64,000 bases of DNA, taken from assembly GCA_951406725.2 (NCBI GenBank), contig OX597832.1:29512001-29576000 (forward strand), read 5' to 3'. The notes beneath the pieces were generated by a model. The model had not been told where the DNA came from, made no database searches, and saw only the letters and a list, made by a program, of their open reading frames with translations. Position 1 is the stretch's first letter, and each line of letters begins with the position of its first letter. The DNA comes from Octopus vulgaris (taxonomy: Eukaryota). The translations under genes and the position numbers were made by a program. Of the stretch, positions 27,842-42,195 are shown piece by piece.

Positions 27842-28055
27842 CATAATATAATACAATATATAATGTTTTATATATATATACATATACATACATACACATA
27901 CATATATATATATATACACATATATAATACATACATACATATATACATACATATATATATATATACATACATATATATATACATACATACATACATACAT
28001 ATATACATACATACATACATACATACTGACATATATACATACATACATATATACA

Positions 28056-28091
<36 letters not shown>

Positions 28092-28185
28092 TACATACAT
28101 ATATATATACATACATACATACATATATACATACATACATACATATATATATACATACATATATATATATACATACATACATACA

Positions 28186-28221
<36 letters not shown>

Positions 28222-28310
28222 CATAGATATATACATACATATATATATACATACATACATACATACATATATATATACATATACATACATACATATATAC
28301 ATACATACAT

Positions 28311-28398
<88 letters not shown>

Positions 28399-28422
28399 CA
28401 TTATTATCATCATCATCATCAC

Positions 28423-28459
<37 letters not shown>

Positions 28460-28884
28460 GTTATCATTATACATAAACACACATATATAACTGTAATACG
28501 TGAAAGAGGCTGGCGGAAGGTGGAGTGAGTTCTGACTTCTGACAATGTTTGAAGACTATTTGATAAGAGATTGAGGAACAGACGAGGAGAAGTGGAAGTG
28601 GTGGGGAGAGTGGTGGCAACGGGGGGTGGTGGTGGTGGTGGTGATGGTGATGGTGATGGTGATGGTGATGGTAGTTTTGGTGGTAAGAGTGCAATGGAGA
28701 GATGACTAAGAATGGCAAAGTGACATAAGCAAGTGTCCATGAGTCAGAAATAGCATTACAAATTTCTGCAGACCTTTCACTCCAGTTCGGTCCCCCCATT
28801 TATTATTGCATGAAATGGAGACATCTTTGGGGGATGCACATCTAAACACACAGCAAAACACACACACATAATATATATATATGC

Positions 28885-28915
<31 letters not shown>

Positions 28916-28999
28916 CATATATATATGTATGTATGCATATATATATATATATGTATGTATGCATATATATATGTATGTATGCATATATATATATATATG

Positions 29000-29079
<80 letters not shown>

Positions 29080-29216
29080 TATATATATATGTATATATAT
29101 ATATGCATATATATATATGTATATATATATATGCATATATATATATGCATATATATATATGCATATATATATGCATATATATATATGTATGTATGTATAT
29201 ATAAATATATGTATAT

Positions 29217-29253
<37 letters not shown>

Positions 29254-29799
29254 TATCTATATATGCATACATACATATATATATATATGTATGTATATAT
29301 ATATATGTATGTATGTATATATATAATTATATACATATATATGTATGTATATATATATATAATTATTTAGAACTCTTATTATTTATATATATATATATAT
29401 ATACATATATATATAAATAATTATGATCTGCAGTCTCTGCAACAGATAGCTGCAATGGTCTAAGTGCAAACATCACAAACATAGAAAAGTGGCTGGAGAT
29501 GGTTTGGTGGTAGTAGTGGTAGTGGTGGTGGTAGAGGTGGTGGTGGTGTAGAGATGATGGAAGCAGCAATGGAGGTGGTAGGGGTGTCGATATGAGAGGT
29601 AATGGTGCACACATGGGTGTGGTAACGGTGTAGCTGAAGAAGGAGGTGGTGGTGGTGGAATAGAGGTGATGGAAATAGCAGTGTAGGTGGTAGAGGTATA
29701 CACAGAGATGATGGAAGAGGTAGTGGCGTAGGTGAGACAGAAATTCTGCAGAATGCACAACGGGGAAAGAAGAGATCCACCAACACACTATACACACAC

Positions 29800-29853
<54 letters not shown>

Positions 29854-29883
29854 GCAGATATATATATACATACATATACACAA

Positions 29884-29932
<49 letters not shown>

Positions 29933-31036
29933 TATACATATATACACACATACATGAAATAGAGATTACACAGTCTAGAACATGGACCATTCAGAGTCTC
30001 GTTAAACAGTTAAGTTACTCATGAGGAGGAGAAGGAGGAGGAGGAGGAGAAGAAGAGAAAGTTATCAGTTAACACACACAACCTCTCATATTTCCTAATT
30101 CCAGGTTTAGACCACGTAGTTCAATATCACAACGATCACCATCACCACAACCACCACTACCACCACCACCACCAAAACCACCACCACCACCACCAAAACC
30201 ACCACCACCACCACCAAAACCACCATAAAACCACCACCACCACGAAAACCACCACCACCATCACCATCCTCATCACCAGTGAAGGTAGCTCTACAAGACA
30301 ATGATGATGATGATCGTGATGATGTCATTGAGACAACACGTTTAACGATAGAGTCTAGTTTCATAGCAACACAACAGGTTTATTAGTCATTTGCATAAAA
30401 CCCCGTGCAAGCCATGAAGTGGCCCAATGGTCGAGACATTCACTTCACAACCACCAGGTCTTGGGATCAATCCCCACTGCATGATGTCCGGGGCTAATAT
30501 CATTTATGGTGATCTATATCTTGTGAAAATGGGGGGGAAACTATAGAGAAGCCTACTGAATAGATTGTAACAGTAATTTAAAGGTACAACTGACACTAAG
30601 TCATGCTGATGTCTACCAGGGAATTATAATAAGGGTAGACATCTCTATGGGATACTCAACCAGTTACAGATTAATTCAGAAGCAACAGATAACTCATTTT
30701 ATTAAACAAATGAATTCTTATTGTGGAACCAGAGAGACTGACCATCCATCCATGACCACATACTCTAAAGCCATAGAAACTAGAGACATCGGAGTAAGAG
30801 GTGGCCCTCCCACTTGCCTGATCCTGTTGAACTCGCCAACACATCCACGCCAGTATGGAAGCCAACCATAAATTGATGATATAATAACGATGATGATTAA
30901 TAACTCACACTGTGTTTGTGCCATAATAATTAACGATTGGTTACCAACTTTATTAATTTAACGAACCGTGCCAATCACAGTTTAATAACTAGCTCTTCTC
31001 AACTGTCTCTCAGAATTTAGGAGAGGATAAATAAGA

Positions 31037-31082
31037 GAATTCTGATGAGTCATAAATATGACGAAACCAATTGGTTCAATTT
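31037..31082 (+). ncRNA. Hammerhead ribozyme-like motif
   Basis: GAATT-CTGATGA-GTCAT-aaat-ATGAC-GAAA-CC-aatt-GG-TTC-AATTT. Perfect core, 5-bp stem II closed by G-C, palindromic stem III, and one extra nucleotide at the cleavage site/stem I junction. Confidence 0.5.
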
Positions 31083-31849
31083 ACATTCAAAGCCACCAAA
31101 AAGCCCCCTGGTTTAACTACAAAAGCTGCCAAAAGCCCCGTGGTTTCACTACAAGGCCTAGTTTCATACAGTAACTAAATATTTATTACATAAAGTGAGA
31201 TGTGTGTATGATTATATTTTTTGACATCTGAAATGACTACAGTATAAAAGCCCCCTTAGTTAGGCTAACCATTAGCAATGGCTCTAACAGCCACAGCATA
31301 AAAACTACAAGCATTCACTGTATGGTAAACACACAATATGTAACCCTGAAGGGGCTGGAGGTGCCATGGGCTCCTCTTCTTCCCTCAGCTCTTAAATAAA
31401 AGCTATGAGTGTATAAGGGAGAGATTCAGTTCATGGAATCAAACCCAGTATGAGATTATTCATTTTATCCACCCTCATGTGACAGAATTTGAACTGAAAA
31501 TATAAAAAGGGTGGAAGTAAATACCTCCTTCTGTATTCATTCTACCATTTTCTGCTTTTAGAATAACAATGACACTTTTGTGAGAGGGACAGTTCATTAC
31601 GTAGACCTCAGTGTATCACTGGTACCTATTTACTGACTGCAGAAGGAAAAGGTAAAGTTTCACACTTGCAGGATTTAAACTCAGAATGTATAAATAAATA
31701 AATTAATTAATTAATAATAATAATCCTCTCTACTATAGGCACAATGCCTGAAATTTTGAGGGGAGGGGGCCAGTCGATCACACTGACCTCAATGCACAAC
31801 TGGTACTTATTTTATCGACCTTGAATGGATGAGTGGCGAAGTCAACCTT

Positions 31850-32485
31850 GCGTTCTTTGGGTCTGATTTGCTCTGGTGGTCCAGAGCAAACTAGACCCTG
31901 GTCTTGCCATTCAGCACCTTATAACACCTTTCCAGATGCTGAGCTGCAGGCTCACTGACTTCTCTGGGTTAATCTTTGCTCCTGTCACTGCTTCACAGTC
32001 CCTTAGGGTGGTGCCAATCACCTCAATTTACCTGATGTCCAACACTATTACAGTGACATTGCACAAGCGGACACAAATCTTCTGCATCCTAGTTCAAACG
32101 AGATGCTCTTCGGAACGTCCAGCTTCTGCGGTAATGGCTTGAGCCAGCACATATGGAAGGGGCAAGAGTGGGCATTTCTTGATGGACTGAACATGCAATA
32201 CTAAACAATTCCAATAAGTGGCCATTTACTTTGACCACCCAAAGAGATTTCACTGTACACTGCAGCTATCCATCCTCTGAAAACGGGACCAGAACTGGAC
32301 ACTGCAAGGACAGCCTCCAAGTACTTGTGGTCAACCCTATTGAAAGCTTTTGAGACCTACTTTTGAGACCTCTTTATGATGTAACACATGAGGTGGAGGT
32401 TGTCATGGATAGATCAGTTTGGGATGACTCATGCCTGCGCATCATTGACCAACTTATCAATGACAAGTGCTAGTCTCTGTTGGTT
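31850..32485 (-). pseudogene. Tx1/L1-clade LINE RT fragment
   Basis: Minus-strand RLALVIDKLV..SIHDNLHLM, KAFNRVDHKYLEAVL..GPVFRGWIAAVYS, VVKVNGHL and EAVTGAKINPEKSV, with frameshifts. Confidence 0.75.
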
Positions 32486-33235
32486 TCTAACCATCGACAA
32501 TATGGTAAACCCAAAAGGTAACAAAATGTCCAACCAGCGACAATATGATTTGGCTTGGAAAACACTGAGTTTGAATATAAACTCGGACAGTGATGATCTG
32601 ACCAACCTATGCCAGCACAGTAAATAGATATAAACAGATGACAATGATGATCACACTACACACACACTCACACACTCAAGAAGTTCATGCACTCCCCTAA
32701 CTTGACAACTTCAGTCAAACTGCCCAACCCATGCCAGTATGGGAAACTTGTTAAACAATGATGATGATGATGATGATATAGGTAAAATGGCCACATAATA
32801 GAAATGAATTTACAGAATTCCAAGAAAGTTGTGTTGATCTGCCAGGGCATGAGAAATGTGTTAACATGTCACCTGTAATTTCTTGGTATTTCTCCACTGC
32901 TTGAATTTGAACCATGTTTCTATAAATAACTGTCCTCATTCTATTCATTCATAAGCCATAAGCATTGCTCCCATGTTGCTACAGAATGTAGGTGACACTC
33001 CTGCATGGATGACTGTTTGATGTTTGAGTGAAACACTTTAGATTAAACACTTCCAACGATGACCTGCTTCACACTACACCTGGCTTTCTTCATACAAAAC
33101 TGAAGATTTTCAATTGTTCAAATTTCAATTCTAACCACTCCGTCCTAAGTTATGCTCTAGACACCAACTCCATGAAGAGATTTGTACCCCGCAACCTGAC
33201 TGAAGACAGAATACGACAAAATAAAAATTAGGGAC

Positions 33236-33695
33236 ATCATCATCATCTTTTAACGTCCGCTTTCCATGCTAGCATGGGTTGGACGATTTGACTGAGGTCT
33301 GGCGAACAAGACTCCAATCTGATCTGGCAATGTTTCTACAGCTGGATGCCCTTCCTAACGCCAACCACTCTGAGAGTGTAGTGGGTGCTTTTACATGCCA
33401 CCGGCATGAGGGCCAGTTTGGTGGTACTGGCAACAGCCATGCCCAAATGGTGCTTTTACGTGCCACCTGCACAGGAGCCAGTCCAGCGGCACTGGCGACG
33501 ACCTCGTTTGAATGTTTTTCACATGCCACCAGCACAAGTGCTAGTAAGGCGATGCGGTAACACTCACGCTTGAATGGTGTGCTTAACGTGCCATTGGCAT
33601 GAAGGCCAGCTTGTTGCTCTGGCAACGATCTCACTCGTATGGTACTCTTAGCGCTCCACTAGCAATGGATGCCAGTCACCGAGTTTGATTTCGAC
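33236..33695 (-). mobile_element. RTE 3'UTR fragment
   Basis: (CAT)n + aacgtccgctttccatgctagcatgggttggacg...ggatgcccttcctaacgccaacc, shared with 9719-9900. Confidence 0.8.
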
Positions 33696-34159
33696 AGACA
33701 TGGATACAATCTGTGTATTAAACACGCAGATACAGAAGCATGAACAGATAGTGATACAAACCACAAAAGGGCAAGATAAAATAAAGAGGAGAAGGTCAGA
33801 GAGAATAGGAGACACAGAGAAGAGGAAGAAGAGCTGGTAGTCATTGAAAAGGTCACACAATGTGTGACAAAAGAATTCTGACAAATAGAAATTGGAATGA
33901 CCACTGGTAGGAACTGAAACTGGATCACTTAAGGTTTAATGTTAGTTTTTGTTTCCTCTCTGCTTCTGAAGAGAAAAGAGAATGAGAGGAAGAGACATCC
34001 ATGCATTTCTCAATGTCAAATACAATAGCAATGGTAGCAACAGGTAACATACATAACTGAAAATCTGTCATCAATTTAATGGCCACTTTCCATGCTTGTA
34101 TGGGGGGCATTCACTGAAGCAAATTTTCTATGGCTAGATGCTCTTCCGCTTTTCAAAAC

Positions 34160-34630
34160 CTCATCATCATCATCATTTAACATCTGTTTTTTTATGCTGG
34201 CATAGGTTAGTTTGACCGGAGCCGGTAAGCCAGAGAACAGCTCCAGGCCCCAGTCACCTGTTTTGACTTGGCTTCTACAGCTGGATGCATTTCCTAACAC
34301 CAATCACTCTACAGAGTGTACTGGGTGTCTTCCACGAGTCATCAGCATAGGTGCCCTTTCACATGTCACCAACATGGCTGCCCTTTTATGAGTCACTGGC
34401 ACAGGCCATGACCACAATTTCACTTCGCTTGAGTCACCAGGACTCTCATTCACTTGCTATTGCCTCCATGAGACTCAACAACCAAGGATCATATTCCACC
34501 ACCTTGTCCTACATCTTCTGGGGACCACCTCTTCCACAGATTCCCTCCACAATTAGAAACTGGCACTTCTTTATGCAGCTGTCCTTGTCCATACGCATCA
34601 TGTAACCATACCAGCAGGGTCTTCTCCCAT
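34160..34630 (-). mobile_element. Older RTE 3' fragment
   Basis: Same 3'UTR plus a decayed WYGHVMRM..GTCGRG region. Confidence 0.7.
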
Positions 34631-34825
34631 GCACATGACAAACAAAGCAATATCTCTCCATAGCTGGACGTGTTTTCATAGAAGACTGGAAATGAAGAAC
34701 CCTGCTTATATGACAGGGACACTCGTTTACAACTGTCTCATGATGTCAAAATTACTCTCACATACACACACACATCCCATCTGTCCTTACACACCTCTCC
34801 CATCCACTCCCCTACACCATAATAC

Positions 34826-35013
34826 TGTTATTATTATTCAGGTCACTGCCTGGAATCAAACTTGGAATCTTTGGGTTAGTAGCTTGTGCTCTTAACCACT
34901 ATGCCATATGCCTGTGGGCAATTATGGAGTGAATTTTAAGGCTTATATATTAGTGGTTAAGAGTGCGGGCTACTAACCCCAAGATTCTGAGTTTGATTCC
35001 AGACAGTGACCTG
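34826..35013. mobile_element. Divergent inverted pair of tRNA(Ile-like)-derived heads
   Basis: 34839-34891 is the near reverse complement of 34951-35013 (TAGTGGTTAAGAGYRCGGGCTACTAACCCCAAGATTC..GTTTGATTCCAG). Each arm runs into (AAT)n. Confidence 0.6.
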
Positions 35014-37542
35014 TATCATCATCATCATCATCATTTTACATCTGCTTTCCATGCTGGCATGGGTTGGATGGTTTGACTGAGGACTGGTGAGCTAGAGGCT
35101 GCACCAAGCTCAATCTGATCAATAATAATAATAATAATGATAATAACAGCAAACCATTATACTGGTTTCAAATTTTTGGCACAAGGCCAGCAATTTTGAA
35201 GGTGTAAGGAAACCAATTACACCAACTGCAGTATTCATCTGATATTTATTTTACTGACCCTGAAAGGGGTCAACAAAAAGCAGAATTTAAACTCAGAACA
35301 TAACAACTGACAAAATGCCCAGTTCGCTAACAATTTTTCCAGCTCGCCGCCTTTACAAGAACACCGTAATATTGCTAATGTAACACTGCGTAAGTAACAA
35401 CCGAATAGCCTAAAGTAACAGAGTCTAATGTGGCACAACAACTAATGCTGTGTAACCTGGGCAACAGAGATTAGATTCCTAACTTCATTATGGACCATTT
35501 AATAATTCTTTACAAACACATACATCTATTTCCACCACCTCCCTCCATCTCTCTCGTTATATACAGAGTTTAATCAACGCAGTGTAGTGAATATTTACAT
35601 TATGTCTCACAGAGAAGCTAACCCAGACCCACGTGGCGTGGCGGGATACTGGACAGGGCACAGGGGGATCTTAAGGTCTCCGAGTTAATAAGTCGATCGT
35701 TAGGGTATTGTTGATGATAATGCTTTTGAAATGGGATGGCCGAGAGGGATCAGGATGAGACTGTTCAGAGGATATTGATGAAGATGATGATGATGATGAT
35801 GAAGATAGTTTGACTTGATGTGGAGGTGGTGGTGCTGTTGGTGAAAATATTTACAACAACAATAATTACAATGCCTACAACTAGTCTAATAAACTGTTGG
35901 TATGATGATGATGATGATCATCATCATCATCATCATAGTGGTAATGGTTATGATGATAAAATTTGGTTAGATGATAGTGATGGTGATGATGGTGGTGGTG
36001 ATGATGATGATGGCGGTGGTGATTATGATGGTGGTGTTGGTGATGATGGTGGTGGTGGTGGTGATGATAGAGATGGTGATGATGATGATGGTGGTGGTGG
36101 TGATGATGCTGATGGTGGTGATGATGATGGTGGTGCTGGTGATGATGGTGGTGGTGGTGATGATGGTGGTGGTGGTGATTATGATTGTGGTGTTGGTGAT
36201 GATGGTGGTGGTAATGATGATGATGGTGGTGGTGGTGATGATGCTGATAGTGGTGATGGTGGTATTGGTGATGATGTTGGTGGTGGTGGTGGTGGTGATG
36301 GTGGTGATGATGATGATGATGGTGGTGATGATGGTGGTGGTGGCAGTTATGATGACTCTGACAATGAAAGGGGTGATGTTGAAGGTGGGGGCTAAAATTA
36401 TAACAACAATAAGTGGTGGGTGTCAGCAGAAAAAAGTCAAGAGATCCATGTGGAAATCTAGTAAAAGGAGTGGGTGTAAGTGGTGGGGAGTGTGTCTGTG
36501 TGTCTGTGTGTGTGGTGGTGGGGAGAGAGAATGTACCTTCTGCCCTAATAACCTTAAAGGAAGGAGTTTAAGACAAAACATACATACATATGTGTGGATG
36601 TATGTGTGTGTGTGTGTGTGTGTGTGTCTCCCCTTTTTTCTCCTATATATATGTAAAACAGACAACTTGGCTGACAACAGCATATGATTATCATCATCAT
36701 TATTATTATTATTATTATAATACTTGGAACTGATATTAATCTTTGGTTCCTGTTTCAAGAGCAGTACTCAGAGATAAACAAATGTCATTCAGGCACTTTT
36801 GTTTTTACACACATGCACACACACACACACACACACACACTTGTGATTTTTATCACACTACTACTACTACTACTACTACTACCACTACTACTACTACTAT
36901 TACTACTACTACCACAACCACTACTACTACTAAAGTTCCTGACCACAAAACTCATATCTTAAAGCAGCTCTACCATTGTATCCTGATGGCAGTACTCCTA
37001 TATTACAGTAGCCATACTATTGGTTATAGTACCCCCATCTTACAATAGCAGAATCTGAACTCAGAACGTAGTGGTAGACGAAATACCGCTAAGCATTTCG
37101 CCCGGCGTGCTAACAATTCTGCCAGCTCGCCGCCTTAATAATAATAATAATCCTTTCTACTAAAGGCACAAAACCTTAAAGCTTGAGAAAGAGGCCAGTC
37201 AATTACATTGACCCCAGTGTATGACTGGTTCTTATTTTATTGGTCTCGAAAGGATGAAAAGCAAAATCCATCCTCGTCGGAATTTGAACTCAGAACATAA
37301 AGAATCAAAAGAATATACTAGTAACAAAGACAAATACTTATTGCTGACATCTAACAGAACTGAAATATATAACATCACACAGATTGTGGATTTGAACTCA
37401 CGACTTAGGAATCATCAGCTCAATATACTAACCATGTAGACTAACTACTCTAAATGATTGGTTGATCCAACAAAACTATGATCAGAAGAGATCCAACAGT
37501 AACCAGCCTGGGTTTTTTTCATAATTTATATTTCAGGCACAT

Positions 37543-37918
37543 AGGTGCAGGGGTGGTCGTCTGGTAAGTAGCTTGCTTACCAACCACGTGGTTCTGTGTT
37601 CAGTCCCACTGCGTGGCACCTTGAGCAAGTGTCTTCTACTATAGCCTCAGGCCAACCAAAGCCTTGTGAGAGGATTTGGTAGACGGAAACTAAAAGAAGC
37701 CGATCGTGTGTGTGTGTGTGTGTGTGTGTGTTTGTCCCCACAACATCGCTTGACAACCGATGTTGGTGTGTTTACGTCCCCATAACTTAGTGGTTCGGAA
37801 AAAGAGACTGATAGAATAAGTACTAGGCTTACAAAGAATAAGTACTGGGGTCAGTTTGCTCGACTAAAGTCAGTGCTCCAGCATGGCCACAGTCAAATGG
37901 CTGAAACAAGTAAAAGAG
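37543..37918 (+). mobile_element. SINE family B
   Basis: Full-length copy. Others at about 4620-4970(-), 21775-21970(+), 40470-40635(+), 43011-43380(+), 47370-47735(+) and 61342-61700(+). Confidence 0.82.
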
Positions 37919-39017
37919 TCAGTAGACCGTGGCCATGCTGGAACACTGTCTTGAAGAATTTTTTCAACTAAATGCAGTGCCCCAATATGGTCGAAGTCTG
38001 AAACATGGTCGCAGACTGAAACAAGTAAAAAAAAAAAAGACTACATAATGTATCTAAGACTACACTGCCCAATGTGTTTAGAGTGTGATTTAGAGAAGAT
38101 CTGACTGCTATTTCAAGCAGATCAATCAACCAAGTAGAGGTCTCATTGTTGATGTATTAACTGTTAATTATTTGAATATGTAGATATCTGTTAATTTTAA
38201 TGAAGGTATACCTCTTGAAATAGAAATTAGTTTTTAACCAACAAGCGGAATTTTGAAGGTAGCCCTATTGAAGTACGGCAGACGCCAATGTAATAATCTT
38301 GTAACAATTCCACTTGGATATGAAGACGACAATGATTTATAAGTGAAGAATTTTGCAGAAATAGATAAGAATATGAACGCTTGGTAAAGTTATATTGGTC
38401 GGAAGATAGATTTGGTGTTGATAAGGAAAAACATAAATAGAGATAAAAGGAGCTGTGTGTGTGCATAAATCTAAGGTTATATACGTCTATATAATATCTA
38501 TATACATGTGTGTATCTATCTATCTATCTATCTATCTTTCTATTTACACATACACATTTATCTAATATATATACATATATATTTCCCCTTCTTTCTGAGT
38601 CTTCCTCCACCCACACAGTGTGCCAATTGGCATTGGTTCAGCAAAAGAGACTGACAGAAATAATTACCAGCCCTTCAAAAAATAAATAAGTATTAGGGTC
38701 AATCTGTTCAACTAGAACCCTTCAAGATGGTGCTCCAGCATGGTCACAGTCCAATGAGAGAAACAAGTAAAAGATAACATTAGGTTCTTTTTATCTTTTT
38801 CTTTTTGGTATTTTTTTAAATGATAACTGAAACCGGTTTGCTTGATCAGAGTTAAGCAGTAAAAACAAACTTCCATGGGTGGGATAGAGCTGCAAATTTA
38901 CACATCTCTGCTGTATGAGAACCACTGAAACACAATGTGAGGAGAGCTATTTCAAAATAAGTCCCACGTAGGAAATTAGATAAATGCTTGATACCAAGAG
39001 GTACCATGGTACCATAG

Positions 39018-39360
39018 TGAAGGCACATGGTTCAGTGGTTAGAGCATCGGGCTCACAATCATGAGATAGTGAGTTCAATCCCCAGATCGGGTTGTGTGTT
39101 GTGTTCTTAAGCAAGATACTTTATTTTTCATGTTGCTCCAGTTGACTCAGCTGTAGAAATGAGTTATGACGTCACAGGTGCCAAGCTGCAGCAGCCTTTA
39201 CCATTCTCTTGGACAACATTGGTGACACGGAGAGGGGAGGCTGATATGCATGGGCGACTGCTGGTCTTCCATAGACAATCTTGCCTGGACTTGCACCTCA
39301 GAGAGGAACTTTCTAAGTGCATTCCATGGTCATTCATGACCGAAGGGTATCTTTACTCTT
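39018..39360 (+). mobile_element. tRNA-headed CORE-like SINE family C
   Basis: TGGTTCAGTGGTTAGAGC..GAGTTCAATCCC head plus GCAAGATACTT..GCTCCAGTTGACTCAGCTG. The same body is at 63321-63563(-); related heads at 285-423(-), 8720-9015(-) and 41562-41656(-). Confidence 0.75.
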
Positions 39361-41944
39361 TTACCAAAAGGAAAAAGTAACATTCCTCTACATTGGTTTG
39401 AACTCAACACCTTGTGATCTGCAGTTTCAATCGCTTAACCTCACAGCCAATGATTTGCATGTGCTTCTACAAACATCTAAATTGATTTAGCTGTGATTTC
39501 CTGCAAGTTTCCATGTCGGTTATCTCATCTAATCTCATCTGAAAGAATTTCCATGTCTTCATGGATTGAAGATTTTATCTCACTTTAAATCTAACAGCAA
39601 CAACAACAAGATCAACAGCAACAAGGATTAAGTCACTCTAAAGATATTGAAATATTTGACATTCTGGGAGTGTTGGTAGGAATGAAGTGCTTGGAATTTC
39701 AGAAGAATCATCCTCATATCCTTTTCATTCACCATCGAAAACCAACTGCATTCCTTATATCGTATACAAGGACACCTAAACGGGGCCCCACCTAAAAATT
39801 GAACTTGAGACCATCAGAGAAACTTGAAGTAAAAAGGATTGTCAACTACTTAAGTTCATACAAACACACATACATTACATATGTACAATACATATATACA
39901 CACGTATATACTGTGTGTGTGTGTGTATGTGTGTGTATATATATATATATATATATAAACATATATACATATATATATATATATACATATATAAACATAT
40001 ATACATATATATAACACATATACATACATACATATACATATATACATACACATATATAAACATATATATACATACATATATACATACACATATATATATA
40101 TACATATATATATACATATACATATATATACATACATATACATATATACATACATACATATACATATATACATACATATATATACATATATATACATACA
40201 CATATATACATACACATATATACATACACATATATATATATATACAAGCACATACATGCACACAAATATACATATAAACACACACACACGCACACATATA
40301 TATATACACACACATAGCCTCCAATAACACTGTACTGATTCCACATCCTCACGTGTTTTTCTTGCTTGTTTATGTTTGGATTGACTATATATATATGTAT
40401 ATATATATATACACACACATACACATATATATAGGTTTCATGATGCAAACAGGAAAACTAGAATTGAAAGGAGAGGCTGTGTGGTAAGTAGCTTGCCTAC
40501 CACCCACATGGTTCCGGGTTCAGTCCCACTGCGGAGCACCTTGGGCAAGTGTCTTCTACTATCGCCTCAGGCCAATTTGTTGGACTAAAGGCAGTGCTCC
40601 AGCATGGGCGCAGTCAAATGACTGAAACAAATAAAATATATATATACATACATATATATAAATATATATTTTAATACTTAGCAGGAAAGAGTGATTCAAA
40701 GGCCAAGAGTTTTCATCCGCTATACAATAATAATCCTTCCTATTATAGGCACAAAGCCTGAAATTTGCTGGGAGGGGTCAAGTCAATTATATCAACCTCA
40801 GTACACAAGTGGTACTTATTTTATTGCCCCCGCCCCAAAGGATGAAAGGCAAAGTTGACCTCATGGAATTTGAACTTTGAATGTAACGGTGGACAAAATG
40901 CACCGATCATTTTAGCCGACATGCTAACAATTGTGCCAGCTTACAACCATATAAACACACCCACACAATAATAATATTAATAATAATAATAATGATGATG
41001 ATGATGATGATCACCATTTTTTTGTCTGCATCACTTAACATCCACTTTTCCATGGTTGCATGGATCAGACAAGAATTCATTGAAACAGGATTTTTACAGG
41101 TGAATGCCCTTCCTGTTGTTCACTCACCTCACCTGCTTCCGAGCAAGGTAATACTTTTGCATGGTCAAACATACTTTCACAGAAAACTGAGAATTAGGAA
41201 CATGGCTTGTATGTTGGTGAGACTTGTTTTTATAACCATTGTGCAAATGGTAAGATGTGGAGACATACACACAAGCACAAATGTATGCTATATAAACAGC
41301 TTCTTGCAGTTTCCATCTACAGAATTCACTCACAAGGCTTTGGTTGGCCCAAGACTATAGTAGAAGAGACTTGCCCAAGGTGCCAGGTGGTGGGACTGAA
41401 CCTAGAACCATGTGGTTGGAAAGTAAGCTCCTTAACTAGGGAGAGTGAGTGAGAGTGTGTGTAAGCAGATTGGAATTTTTTTTGTATAATCTATTCAACA
41501 TTACACATGTTTCGTTTGCTAATAGGAATTACAGATTTTTACATGTTAGATAGACATGTTTGGCTCAAGAACACAACATATCGCCCAGTCCAGGAATCGA
41601 AACCACAATCTTACAATCATGATGCTGACACCCTAACCACTAAGCCATGCGCCTCCACAAAGCAGTAAGGAGTTTCTGATAGGGAATTCCTTACATGCCT
41701 TCCTAACATGTAAAACTTTGTAATTCTTATTAGCAAATGGAACATGTGTAAAGGAGAATAGATAACACCATTTTCCTGTTTTGTTACACAATAACTCTGC
41801 AAATAATATTTCCATAATTCTCAGTTTTAATATTTATTTTGAACTAACATACAACAGCAACTGAGGCCACATATCGGATTATAATAATGGAATAATCACA
41901 TGTGCTTCAAAAGGAACCAGCTTGGATTTACCCTACTTACCTAT

Positions 41945-42195
41945 ACAAAGGAGAATACTAAAAATGAACCCAACCACTCTCAAAAAATTAAGTAAAAAAA
42001 AACAGGGAAAATAATCCAGAATCCTTGTCAGGTACTGGATCCCAGAATCTAACCAGTTTGTGCCAGTCAAGAGGCCAAATATCATCCCTGAAAGTTTCAT
42101 CCGAATCCATCCAGCGGTTCTTGAGATATCTTGTCCACGGACAAACAAACACAACTGAAAACAATACCTCTGCCTTCGCTAAGGCAGAGCTAATA
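41945..42195 (+). mobile_element. Helentron-associated (DINE-1/HINE-like) element, one half
   Basis: Ends in the hairpin CTCTGCCTT-cgct-AAGGCAGAG. The body is homologous to the reverse complement of 58275-58400. Confidence 0.55.

Noticed and set aside
27689-29990. Long ORFs rich in YI/MYV/HT
   Set aside because: These are translations of TA/TACA microsatellites. The same applies to ORFs at 11694-13194, 39846-40448 and 56707-57238.
34951-35013. Functional tRNA gene
   Set aside because: It is truncated, has no acceptor stem and has a mutated T-loop. Like the other tRNA-like heads here, it is SINE-derived.
35820-36687. Gly/Asp-rich and Met/Val-rich ORFs
   Set aside because: GGT/GAT trinucleotide repeat open in several frames, with no splice or homology support.
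39640-39800. Possible mariner transposase N-terminus (MVNEKDMRMILL)
   Set aside because: Too short and degenerate, and no TIR pair was identified.
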